Below, piece by piece: positions 7,753-17,200 of a stretch of DNA of 32,000 bases (position 1 is the first letter of the stretch; every line of letters starts with the position of its first letter). The position numbers and the translations under genes were made by a program. Origin of the DNA: Ferroglobus placidus DSM 10642 (lineage in GTDB: Archaea > Halobacteriota > Archaeoglobi > Archaeoglobales > Archaeoglobaceae); contig NC_013849.1 of assembly GCF_000025505.1 (NCBI RefSeq), positions 480,001-512,000 of the forward strand, read 5' to 3'. Below the pieces are notes generated by a model. It searched no databases and had not been told where the DNA came from. It saw only the letters and a program-made list of their open reading frames with translations.

Positions 7753-8460
7753 ATGGTGAAGTGGAAAACCCATAAACTGATAACCAGAGCGGTTTGTGAG
7801 GCTTTAAGCATTCCGAACAGCGAGGAGGTTGTTGAATCTTCCGTTTTTCCAGATCAGCACAACGAGTTTTTCGTATCAAATGGGAAGCGTGTCAGAATTA
7901 AGCACCACAGCCCCTTCGCTTTAAAAGCGGCATGGAGGCACATTTTGAAGGCGAGAAAACTCCTGCTTCAGGGAAAGGACTGCTCTGAAGATCTGGGCAT
8001 GGCCCTTCATTACATTCAGGACTATTCTGTGAGCGTGACAAGGAGGTTTCTCTTCTTCAGGTGGAGGAGCGAGAAAGTTCACGATGAGAGGGAGGAGGAG
8101 CTGGCAGAGCTGCCTGTCCCGAGGGATGCGATCGAGGAGGGGATGAAAATAAGAGATCCCAACCAGCTAAAAAAGGCGCTTTTTTCCGAGAAACCGGAGG
8201 AGGAGCTGGAAAGGATAATGTACACAGCAACAACGCTGAGCGCTGCAGCGGTGGCCACAATTTTCTATCCTGTAGGAGATGGGAGTGGATGGAGAAGGGC
8301 TGTTGCACTGCACATCGCAGCGGTTGCATCACCTCTCCTGCTGGCTCTGATAGGTGGATGGCTGTGGCTACCGCTGGCAACTGTGCTGGGATATGCTGTG
8401 CATAAACTGGACTTCAAATACCACAGAGCGAAGCTGGAGAGAGACTGGTTCCGTCCCTGA
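7753..8460 (+). CDS. Membrane-anchored protein with zinc-dependent phospholipase C / P1-nuclease-like motifs
   Basis: The N-terminus MVKWKTHKLITRAV, then FPDQH, HHSP and LGMALHYIQDYSV follow the W..H / PD / H / HY.QD pattern of that superfamily, as I recall it. The C-terminus has 2-3 hydrophobic helices (AAAVATIFYPV.., VALHIAAVASPLLLALIGGWLWLPLATVLGYAV). Confidence 0.4.
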   Translation: MVKWKTHKLITRAVCEALSIPNSEEVVESSVFPDQHNEFFVSNGKRVRIKHHSPFALKAAWRHILKARKLLLQGKDCSEDLGMALHYIQDYSVSVTRRFLFFRWRSEKVHDEREEELAELPVPRDAIEEGMKIRDPNQLKKALFSEKPEEELERIMYTATTLSAAAVATIFYPVGDGSGWRRAVALHIAAVASPLLLALIGGWLWLPLATVLGYAVHKLDFKYHRAKLERDWFRP

Positions 8461-8490
8461 AGTTTTTTAATCTGGACAGGAGGAGAGAGT

Positions 8491-8976
8491 TTGGCTGTGC
8501 TGGTTTACCAGATTAGTGGTGATCTGCCAGAACCACCCAAAAGCTACATCGAGTCGTTTATGTCTCTTGTCCTCTCCTACCGCAGAAAAACTCCTCCTGA
8601 TGAGCTGACAAGGGAGCTCGCATACAGGATGCTCAGGCAGAGGATGGCTCTTCTGAAGGTTGTTGAGCGTGAAAACATCTACGTGGTGACTTTGCAGAGA
8701 AAAAGTGTGGTCGTGTTCGAAATCTACCCGCCAGAGCATAATCTCCTGCCAGAGCATGATAAAACAGATGAGGGAGAGGAGGCAGAGGAGGGAGCATGGA
8801 TAAAGAGGGAAGAGATGGGGAAAGAAGGTAGTAATGGAAGCGGAAATTCAAAAAGCCCAGTGAACGGAAAATTCAACGGCTGGAGATACAGAACAATCAG
8901 AAATCTGCAAGATGTGCCTGTTGAGGTGCTGAAAGAGGTGGTTGAGGAGCTGAGCAGATTGATCGAGCCAGAATGA
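8491..8976 (+). CDS. Hypothetical protein (161 aa)
   Basis: TTG start after GGAGGAGAGAG. It is the last gene of the + strand block. It has an acidic, Gly/Ser-rich middle. No family recognised. Confidence 0.45.
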   Translation: MAVLVYQISGDLPEPPKSYIESFMSLVLSYRRKTPPDELTRELAYRMLRQRMALLKVVERENIYVVTLQRKSVVVFEIYPPEHNLLPEHDKTDEGEEAEEGAWIKREEMGKEGSNGSGNSKSPVNGKFNGWRYRTIRNLQDVPVEVLKEVVEELSRLIEPE

Positions 8977-9090
8977 TTTGACGGTTTTTAACAGCGGTTT
9001 ATAACAACACCACCATTTTTATTTTTTTCTCTAAAAATATTTCAAATTTTTATAAATATTATGTGAAAGTTTTTTGTAAACAAAAAGAAA
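8977..9090. terminator. Convergent intergenic region with oligo-T tracts on both strands
   Basis: The + strand has ccatttttatttttttctc. The - strand has ttctttttgtttacaaaaaacttt. The stretch is AT-rich and lies between convergent gene blocks. Archaeal terminators are oligo-T runs. Confidence 0.45.
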
Positions 9091-10923
9091 TCAGATGTAC
9101 TCCTCTTCCTCCACCACAAGCAACCTCTTCAGAACGTAGTAGAGTATTGCAAGCGGCGCCACTGCGGCCGCAACTATTACGAATTCGTAGATGGGCAGCA
9201 TGAAGGGCTGTATCTTTCCAACATAAAAGCTGCCGTGGAGGGAATCCATGAACACATCCTCGCTGGCGTTGTACCAGTCATCTGGGATGGTTGATGGTAT
9301 GAAGTAGTTAACTGTACCGCTCTCGTTCACGGTAAACTCAAGATAGCCGTCTGTTGCGTTGATTGTGAAGGTTTTTGCCCTGAAGCTGATGTAAACGGGG
9401 CCCGTGTATGTTGAGGTATTGTTGTTGTAGGTGATGAACATTTTTACCGTGTATTCCGTCTCTCCTGGCTTGTGGCCTGGCTTAGCTTCCACCGTAACAT
9501 TAACACTGGGTTTGACCAGCTTTTTAACATGCTGGACAGTCCTAACGGGGTTGCCGAAGATGTCGAGGGGGATGATGCTGAGATTGCCGGGGCTGAGATT
9601 GCCACCACCACCAAGGCTGAGATTGCCGAGGCTGGTGCTACCACTGACACCTCCACTACCGCCAGCCCTCACACACATCATCTCAACATCGAATGGCTTA
9701 ATCTCGCTCTTGAAGTTCGGCACGCTAACTGTTGCATTCCTCACCTCCTCCTTCTCAATCCAGGCTGAGATGGGGAGGATGCTGAATGAGGGTATGGATG
9801 CGATGAAGTATGCGGGCTCGTCCAGGCTTACGTGATCTGATCCAGCATATCCGCTTTTACCTGCCGTTCTGTGGATGTAGGCGTCCGTTATAACCCTGTA
9901 GGTTGTGTAGTATCTGAGCCCTTTAACGGCGGGAGTGAGGGTGGAGGAGGGAGAGGGAGTGCTGCTTCCTGAACTGCCGGAACCAGAACTGGGAGCCCAG
10001 GCGAGGCTGGCAACACCATCGTTGAGGAATATGCACTGCTCAACCGGCTTCTCCCTGAGAAGAGTGTAGATCTGGACGGGCTCGGAGTTTACGATTCTCA
10101 GACTGTCTTCCACCGTGAGCGTGTACGTGTGGTATCTGTATTTGGTGATGTAGTATGTGTGGCAGTGTGTGTGGCAGTGCCCTTCGTCGTCGCAGGATGT
10201 GGAGCAGCTGGTGTGCTTTTCAATTATCTTCTCCTTAACCACAACCTTTATTGTGGCAGTAGCCCTTACACTGTCACTGCCCTCAACCTCAATATCAACC
10301 ACATCCCTATCTCCACCACCCCTCTTCGTGTTCTTGCCGGTAATTGCGACCTCTGCTGAGTGGCTTTCGAGGTAGTAATAGTGTTTTGGATAGCTGCCCG
10401 TTTTATCCGACGGTAGCTGAACCCTGTAATCCAGAAGGTATCCTACTGTCACACTTTTGTTCGCAGCAAATCCACTGTCAACCTCAACAAGCCCCTTAAC
10501 CGGTATTAGCTTTATGTATGCGTGTTTTATCACCCCACTGCTCCGTGTGCTCACTCCGGAGGGGACTGCACTTGCCCATTCATCCGTGTGGGGGAAAGAC
10601 TGGATGAACCTCCTGTTCTGCTCCTCCACCACAGAGGGAATGTACGGGAACACGAAGTCATAGTATTCAGCAGGATCTGAGGTGTTTGTCATATTGCCAC
10701 TTCTGTCCACATCATCTGACTGGTAAGTTCTCGGGAGGTCTGCGGTTGCAGGATGGATGAGGAGGGGCAGCATCAGCATAAGTGTCAGCAGAGTCATCAG
10801 TAATACAGGGGGGCTGAGTATGCGGGACATGCTTCGCAGGCCTCCAAGCACTTCCTGCTCCTCCAGTACACTCCTGTCCAGGCCACGACGTCCCGGCATA
10901 CTACGATCCCGATTCCGGTTCAC
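9091..10923 (-). CDS. Large secreted, C-terminally membrane-anchored protein with a Cys/His cluster
   Basis: There is a Sec-type signal (MSRILSPPVLLMTLLTLMLMLPLLIHPATA/DL). The likely start is ATG 10830, 8 nt after GGAGGC; GTG 10923 is the alternative.
It also has Ser/Gly linkers, the cluster HTSCSTSCDDEGHCHTHCHTYY, and a C-terminal TM helix (FVIVAAAVAPLAILYYVL) followed by an acidic tail.
It is the last gene of the pilus-like operon. Confidence 0.65.
   Translation of the reverse strand: MNRNRDRSMPGRRGLDRSVLEEQEVLGGLRSMSRILSPPVLLMTLLTLMLMLPLLIHPATADLPRTYQSDDVDRSGNMTNTSDPAEYYDFVFPYIPSVVEEQNRRFIQSFPHTDEWASAVPSGVSTRSSGVIKHAYIKLIPVKGLVEVDSGFAANKSVTVGYLLDYRVQLPSDKTGSYPKHYYYLESHSAEVAITGKNTKRGGGDRDVVDIEVEGSDSVRATATIKVVVKEKIIEKHTSCSTSCDDEGHCHTHCHTYYITKYRYHTYTLTVEDSLRIVNSEPVQIYTLLREKPVEQCIFLNDGVASLAWAPSSGSGSSGSSTPSPSSTLTPAVKGLRYYTTYRVITDAYIHRTAGKSGYAGSDHVSLDEPAYFIASIPSFSILPISAWIEKEEVRNATVSVPNFKSEIKPFDVEMMCVRAGGSGGVSGSTSLGNLSLGGGGNLSPGNLSIIPLDIFGNPVRTVQHVKKLVKPSVNVTVEAKPGHKPGETEYTVKMFITYNNNTSTYTGPVYISFRAKTFTINATDGYLEFTVNESGTVNYFIPSTIPDDWYNASEDVFMDSLHGSFYVGKIQPFMLPIYEFVIVAAAVAPLAILYYVLKRLLVVEEEEYI
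10156..10179 (-). repeat. Perfect in-frame 12-bp tandem duplication (encodes HCHT HCHT)
   Basis: On the + strand, tgtgtggcagtg occurs at 10156-10167 and again at 10168-10179. Confidence 0.9.
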
Positions 10924-11003
10924 AATATGCGCCCCGGAACTCTCCTCCCCACACCCTCACCAAACACCCTCACTCCCTCACATCACTCCCTCACCAACCC
11001 TCT

Positions 11004-12911
11004 TCAGAGCAGGTTCATGAACAGAATCCCGGTGATAAGCGTGACTGATAGCATGACAGCAAGCGGAGATGCAATGCGCCTCAGATCACCTCTTGTTGCT
11101 GCAACACCAACTGCCGCGGACATGCTGACTATGTAGCTTGCATGTCTCAGAACCGTTCTCACCTGGTTTATCACAAATGGGCTGATCGAAAATCCAAGGC
11201 TCCTTCCAGATCCTGCTGCAGCTGTTGTAGCCTGCCCGAGCTTCTCGAACTGGCCGAGCAGCATTGCTGAGATTGCAACTGCAATGCCCAGGAAGAGCAG
11301 AGCCGCCAGAACCATCATGCCGCCGTAGGTTTTTGCAACCGAATCCCTCTCCTTCCTGAAAGCATTTAGCCTCATCAGCTCTCCAACAAGGCTTATGAGG
11401 ACCTGCGTAACCCTCCCGCTCACATCAACGGTCTTTGAAAGTATCCTCGCTGCAAGCCTTAAGTCGGTGCTTGGAGTGATTCTGAAAAGCCACTGGAAGG
11501 CCCTGTCCCTCGATATGCCCCTGTCAAGCATCTCGGCAAAAACCTTAACATATTTGCTCAAAGGTGGCCTTGCCTCCTCAGCTGCAAGCTTGAAGGCTGT
11601 TGTCGTGTCCTTCCCAGCCTCAGCGAGGGAGAGGACTCTGTTGAAGTAGAGGGGGAGCTGCGCTGACAGCTTCTCATCCTCCTTAATCCACTTCCTGAGC
11701 ATTACTGCTGATACTGCTGAACCAATTACAGTGAGAGCAAGAGTCCAGAACTCCAGGTTTCCGGGGATGTGGTGGAGGTGGCTTAAGACTCCGAGCAGCA
11801 CTCCGATCAAAGCAGCAGCAGGAATTACTGCGAGCCGCTTTATCCCCGGCCTCTCCACCCCTTTCTCAGGAGATAGACCGTACAGGGCAATGATCAGGGC
11901 AAGGGATGAGAGTGGCATGAATCCATAGACGAGCCCGTAAACCATCGAGATGTCTGCCTGCCCGGCTATGCTCTTGGCGAGCTGTATCGACACAACCATT
12001 GTCGGGATTGCGAGGCTGACGGTGAGGTAAACCTCTGCAATCATCTCAAGCTTCTTCAGATACTCTGTGTACATGATCTTCCTCTCAACCTCCAGGCTTT
12101 CAATCCTCTCCTCCATGTACCTCCCCAGATCACCGCCGGCCTCCATAACACCCACAATACCTCTCAGCAGATCTGCAAGCTTCGCTGACGGAGTTGTTGC
12201 AGCAACCTCAAGCATTGCTGCCTTCAGCGTTGTATTTCCATATCTTACAGCATAATATATTCTTGCGAACTCCTTGGATATCTCACCTAGATCCATTGTA
12301 ACGAGCTCTTTAACGGCCTCCATAATAGAAATGCCTGCCTTTGCAAATCCGAGGAGGGTTATGTAGAGGGTGTGGAGGTTGAAGTCTATGTCCTCTCGCC
12401 TTGATGAGATTTTCCCCTTCAGAGATGCGACGAAGAGGATGGTGAAGATAAAGGGCTGGGAGGTGTAGGCTGTAATTGCATAGATGTAGGGCCTTGTCCA
12501 GTCAGGAATGGGGATCGAGATTGGCAGGGAGAGTATAATGTGACTGCGGAACAGGGTTCCGAGCAGAAATCCGATAACTGCAAGAGTGAGTGCAATGGTG
12601 GAGGAGGCTATGCTTATATTTCTCAGATACTTTTCAGGGAAGAGGATTCCCGCCTTCTTGAAATCATCCCTGTACTCCTCAAGAAGCTGAGGAGGGTACA
12701 TTCCCGGGATGAACAGCCTGAGGGAATCCTTTATCCCTCCCTCCTCCTCCACTCCCTCTATCTTTGCCCCAGCCCTCCGTCTCCTGTGTATTAAAGCCAC
12801 AGCGATTACCGCAACCACCACAACAACTGCGGCAGCGATCACAGCAGTGGAATGCGGGAGCGTATTGAGTCGCAGATTGGACAGCAGATTAGATATGATG
12901 CTCACGTTCAT
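11004..12911 (-). CDS. FlaJ/TadC/PilC-family (T2SS-F) polytopic platform protein
   Basis: 635 aa with many TM helices and two T2SS-F-like cytoplasmic repeats: GISIMEAVKELV..EFARIYYAVRYGNTTLKAAMLEVAATTPSAKLADLLRGIVGVMEAGGDLGRYMEE, and LSLAEAGKDTTTAFKLAAEEARPPLSKYVKVFAEMLDRGISRDRAFQWL. ATG 12911 follows GAGGGGTGATATC. Confidence 0.85.
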   Translation of the reverse strand: MNVSIISNLLSNLRLNTLPHSTAVIAAAVVVVVAVIAVALIHRRRRAGAKIEGVEEEGGIKDSLRLFIPGMYPPQLLEEYRDDFKKAGILFPEKYLRNISIASSTIALTLAVIGFLLGTLFRSHIILSLPISIPIPDWTRPYIYAITAYTSQPFIFTILFVASLKGKISSRREDIDFNLHTLYITLLGFAKAGISIMEAVKELVTMDLGEISKEFARIYYAVRYGNTTLKAAMLEVAATTPSAKLADLLRGIVGVMEAGGDLGRYMEERIESLEVERKIMYTEYLKKLEMIAEVYLTVSLAIPTMVVSIQLAKSIAGQADISMVYGLVYGFMPLSSLALIIALYGLSPEKGVERPGIKRLAVIPAAALIGVLLGVLSHLHHIPGNLEFWTLALTVIGSAVSAVMLRKWIKEDEKLSAQLPLYFNRVLSLAEAGKDTTTAFKLAAEEARPPLSKYVKVFAEMLDRGISRDRAFQWLFRITPSTDLRLAARILSKTVDVSGRVTQVLISLVGELMRLNAFRKERDSVAKTYGGMMVLAALLFLGIAVAISAMLLGQFEKLGQATTAAAGSGRSLGFSISPFVINQVRTVLRHASYIVSMSAAVGVAATRGDLRRIASPLAVMLSVTLITGILFMNLL

Positions 12912-12967
12912 GATATCACCCCTCTTTCCACATTTTCAGCCTCTCTTTTCCCATCCATGATCTCGCC

Positions 12968-12987
12968 CCATCCAGCGCCATCCAGCG
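12968..12987. repeat. Perfect 10-bp tandem duplication upstream of the platform gene
   Basis: ccatccagcg occurs twice in tandem, 57-76 nt upstream of ATG 12911. Confidence 0.9.
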
Positions 12988-13041
12988 CGTTCTGTCCCTG
13001 CCTGTTCCAGCCACTATTGCACATTCTCAACATCACCCAAA

Positions 13042-14250
13042 TCACCCCTCAATCACAAACGCCACCTCATACGTTGATCCGTCAGGCCGGGTAATGGATG
13101 CAACAACTGTATCCACACCGCCTGCACTCTTCGCAACCACTGAAGCTACTCCAAAATCGTTCGAGTTAACCTTAATAGATGTCCCCGTGTTTTTGCCGTC
13201 AGTAAGTGTTGTGGATGAGTTGAGGCTCGTGAAAGTAACTGTTACACCGGGAACGGGGTTGTTGAAAGTGTCTCTCACTTCAGCAGCGAGGGTTGCCGGA
13301 GTTGTTACAGCCCTTGCTGTGAGCCTGTAGAGGTAGTGATGCTCTGCCCTCTCATCCTCAAATCCCGCAGCCCCCAGTATAAGTTTGTAGGTTACACCTC
13401 TCATGAGCTCTATCACCACGTAGTCTCCCTGCATACTTACAGAGGACACGTAGCTCGAATCTGTGCTGTCAAAGTACTGCTTCCAGAAGTCCAGGGGGAG
13501 GGAGGTTTTTAGGAGGATCGTGATTGGTCTTCCACCTCCAGCATCAGTAACGGCAATCCCCTCCCCGTTACCACCGCTGTAGCAGTAGAGTGTTCCGCTT
13601 ACAGCAACACCGCTCTCGGAGAGGTTGCCCTCAAACATGGGGATGTAAACAGTCCTGCCATCAACAATATTTGTCCCACCAACATAGCTGTACTCCGTCT
13701 TCCCAACAGCAACAGCCCCATACTCCACCCTCGTCTCTCCAGGATCAAAGTAAACGTATGAAGGGATGAAGAGGAGGGACTTGCCGGTCAGAACGATCTC
13801 CCTCCCATTCCACACATCCTGTAAATCAGGATCCACAGCTACTGCATTGCGTATCCTTATCTCAGCTGAATATGTTGAGATTGCACCGGAGAAGGTGTTG
13901 GGTGTTGAGAAGAGGGGGATTGTGGGGTAGCTGCCTCCAAGCGTTAGGGAGTACGATCCGGTTTTGCCCTGAAGAGTAATCCTTTCAACATCACCTGTGA
14001 GGGCGATGAGATCCTTAACAGTCTCTGCAAACTGCCTTGTTTCATAGCTTGAGCAGATCTGCGGAACACCATATACCTGGTAGTAGGTGTACATGGCGGA
14101 GAGGAGCATAAGGACTAAGGCAAAGCCAACGAGTGGAGAAAGGGCTCTGCTGTCTGACAGCAGGTGGGGGTGGGAGTGAGGGGGAGTAGGACTTAGGGTA
14201 GATGTGGGTGTTGTAGTCAGGCTCGCCACCACAGCCACCACACTCACCAC
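13042..14250 (-). CDS. Archaeal prepilin-like secreted protein with C-terminal bacterial Ig-like (Big) domain
   Basis: SDSRALSPLVGFALVLMLLSAMY matches the archaeal pilin N-terminal consensus RAVSPVIG plus a hydrophobic helix. The C-terminus TLAAEVRDTFNNPVPGVTVTFTSLN..GVASVVAKSAGGVDTVVASI fits a Big_1-type fold pattern. GTG 14250 overlaps the ATPase stop by 7 nt. Confidence 0.7.
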   Translation of the reverse strand: MVSVVAVVASLTTTPTSTLSPTPPHSHPHLLSDSRALSPLVGFALVLMLLSAMYTYYQVYGVPQICSSYETRQFAETVKDLIALTGDVERITLQGKTGSYSLTLGGSYPTIPLFSTPNTFSGAISTYSAEIRIRNAVAVDPDLQDVWNGREIVLTGKSLLFIPSYVYFDPGETRVEYGAVAVGKTEYSYVGGTNIVDGRTVYIPMFEGNLSESGVAVSGTLYCYSGGNGEGIAVTDAGGGRPITILLKTSLPLDFWKQYFDSTDSSYVSSVSMQGDYVVIELMRGVTYKLILGAAGFEDERAEHHYLYRLTARAVTTPATLAAEVRDTFNNPVPGVTVTFTSLNSSTTLTDGKNTGTSIKVNSNDFGVASVVAKSAGGVDTVVASITRPDGSTYEVAFVIEG

Positions 14251-17200
14251 CTCTCCTCACCCAGCCCCTCCTGCCTCTCCTGCTCCTCTGACTCCTCCTG
14301 CCCTACCGATGGTACATCCTGCCCTTCTGATTCTGCCCTGTCCTCTGACAGATTATCTCCTTTTCCTCCCTCCCTCTTCCTTCCCTCGATCACACCCTCC
14401 TTCTTCATGTCTCTTATTTTTGTCTTTACAGCGCTGTAGCTCCTGTTGAGCGATTCTGCAATCTCCCGCAGAGGTTTCCCCTGTGTGTAAAGCTCGATCA
14501 GCTCCTGGATTTCCTCATCAGTCCATTTCCTTACACCACTTCCAGCTTCGCTCCTTTCGCTCTCTCCTTCTCTTCTCTCTCCCGCCTCTACTGCCTCTTC
14601 TGTCTCTGTAACCTCTACTGCCTCTTCCGTCTCGGCATCTACTGATCCTGCTCTTCCTGCTTCCTCTACCCCTCCCGTCTCTGCCTCTCCCTCACTTCCT
14701 GTTCCTGCAGCCTCATCCTCTACCCCACCTGCTCCTCCTACTCTATCTACTGCTTCCTGCTGAACAGCACTCACAACACCCTCTTCTTCCTCCATCAATT
14801 CTGACTCCACAGCTCGTAAAATCTCCATCCATTCCTCCTCCTTCTTTTTCTCTTCCTCTCTCTCTTCCTCCCTCATCCTGACTTCACCAATCTCTTCTCT
14901 CCCTACCTCCTCTGATACCTCCACGCCCTCCACTTTCCCTACTTCCTCCACCTTCTCTGACCCCTCTACCTCTTCCTCTTCCTCTGCCTCCCTTACCTCC
15001 TCTGCCTCACCTACATCCAATGTTTCTGCCACTCCTGCCGCTGTTCTCTCCACCTCTTTTACATCTCCCATCTCTCCCCCCTCCCCTACCACACCCTCAT
15101 CCACCTCCCTGCATGCTACTGCCTCGCTCTCGCCCTCCGCTACCCCTACCTCTCTCACCCATGCTGTATCCTCCTCTTTCACCTCTACCTCTCCCTCCGT
15201 CTCCGCCTCTGTCCCTACCTCCTCTGTCCCTACCTCCGACCCAATCTCTGCTTTCCCTACCACTACCTCTGTCCCTACCTCCCCTATCTCTGCTCCCTCA
15301 CCTACCTCTGCTGCCTCTACTCCCTCACCTACCACCTCACCTACCTCTACCCCCGTCCCTACCTCCTCTGTCCCTACCTCTGCTCCAACATCTGCTACCT
15401 CCACTTCCTCGCCTACCTCTGCCTCAGTTACTCTCGCTCCCTCTACCTCTGTCCCTACCACTTCTCCTTCCCGCACTTCCCCTTCTTTACCCTCCCATAC
15501 TTCTCCCTCCCCTGCCTCTTCCTGTCCCTCCTCTCTGTCTCCTTCCGCACCTACCATGCCCTCCAGGCCCTCCAGGTCATCCACACTCAGGCCCTGCAAA
15601 CTCTCCTCACTCCCCACACCCTCTGCAATTTCTGCACTTTCTGCACCAGCAAGCCCCTCTGCACCAGCAAGCTCTGCAGCCTCCACACTGAGCTCAGTTA
15701 TAGATTCAGCAGGCTCGGCAGATTCAGAAGTTGATTCAACTCCTGCCACACCCACAGATTCAGCTACACGCCCTAAATGGATCCTCTCAAAGAACCTTCT
15801 GTAATCTGCCCCCTCCTCCGCAAGCCTCCTGATCAGCCTTGTTCTCCTCTCCAGATCCTTCACAAGCTCCTCCCGTGATCTGCCCGTCCTCTCCGAGATG
15901 CGGTGAAGGATCCCTGAGAGATCGAGTTTCCTGTGCAAATCCCTCGGCCCGTCCCACCGGAAGAGAGGGGTGAGTTTTATGCCCTCCCCTGCCCTCACTC
16001 CCGCTATCTCTCCACCCTCTCCAGCTCCTTCCTCCTCTCCAACCAGCCATATTCCGCTGCACCTTCTGAACACCCTGTCCCCCCTCCTGAAGCTCCCTAC
16101 CACCACAACCAGATCTAAATTCAGAATCATAGCTCTCGGAACAGAGTAGGGAGGGCTCATCAGCCTGTTAATCACAGCCTCAGCACTGCTGCCGTGGACT
16201 GTGGAAAGGCACGTGTGGCCGAGGGCCATTGCCTGGAACATGATTTCAACCTCCTTCCCTCTCACCTCTCCAACTATGATGTACTCAGGCCTCTGTCTCA
16301 GAGCTGCCTTCAGCAGGGCGAACATGTCTATTCTGTCAGTTGCAACCGAGGGGATCCAGTTCTTGTGTGGCAGCAGAACTTCCCTTGTATCCTCTATGGA
16401 CACAACCTTGGAGTGGTATGGTATGAAGAGTGCTGTCGCGTTCATTGCAGTCGTTTTTCCTGCTGCTGTACCTCCAACAAACAGCATCGATCCATTCGAC
16501 TCAAGGCAGAGCCAGAGTAGGGCGAGCTCTTCAGCCGAAAAGGAGTTCCACCTCACAAGATCCACGGGGGTGACAGGAGTTTTCTTCACCTTCCTCACGG
16601 TGAATGTTGATCCGTGATCTGTAACCTCGCTCCTGAATGTCAGCTGAACTCTACTGCCATCATACAGGGTTGTGTCAGCAATTGGGTTTGCCATGCTGAT
16701 CTCAATACCCCTCCGCTGTGCAACAGCCAGAACGAAGTCGTCAAGCTCCTCATTGCTCATCACAATGTTTGTGGGGATGCTCTCGTACAGGCTGTGGTAA
16801 ACAAAGACGGGTTTGTTGTATCCGCTGCAGGATATGTCCTCAATAAACCGGTCCTTGAGGAGGGGGGTTATGCGGCCCGCATAGATACAGTCCCTCTCAA
16901 GGTAGTACCACATCTTTGCGATGGTTTCCAGTTCCAGCTTAAGCTCCTGTTCCGGCTCATGTTCACGTTTGCGTTTGTGTTCACGTTTAGTGGGTAATTC
17001 TGTGAGTATGACTTCCTTGAACGCCTCGAATAAAGTTTCCCTGTCGTCCTCCGAGGCGTGCAGGGGGACCCTTTCAAGCACCCTCTCCTTCAGATCCTGG
17101 AGGAACTCAACCTCCTTATTTGTGAGGTCGGGTTCAAGCAGGGCGTAGAAGTATCCCTTGCCATCTGTAAGGATTTGCGCTGCTGCAAAGGGCATCTCCA

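Noticed and set aside
10830-10923. A class III (prepilin) signal in the 610-aa protein, suggested by SRILSPP resembling the SRALSP of the pilin-like proteins
   Set aside because: With the better-supported ATG 10830 the N-terminus is a classical Sec signal: short n-region, h-region, then ATA/D cleavage site. It lacks the G/A residue at position -1 of the prepilin site.
15020-15691. 223-aa Pro/Leu/Ser-rich + strand ORF, with 15556..15804 and 15787..16062
   Set aside because: They are antisense shadows of the acidic low-complexity part of the ATPase gene. They show extreme composition bias and no start context.
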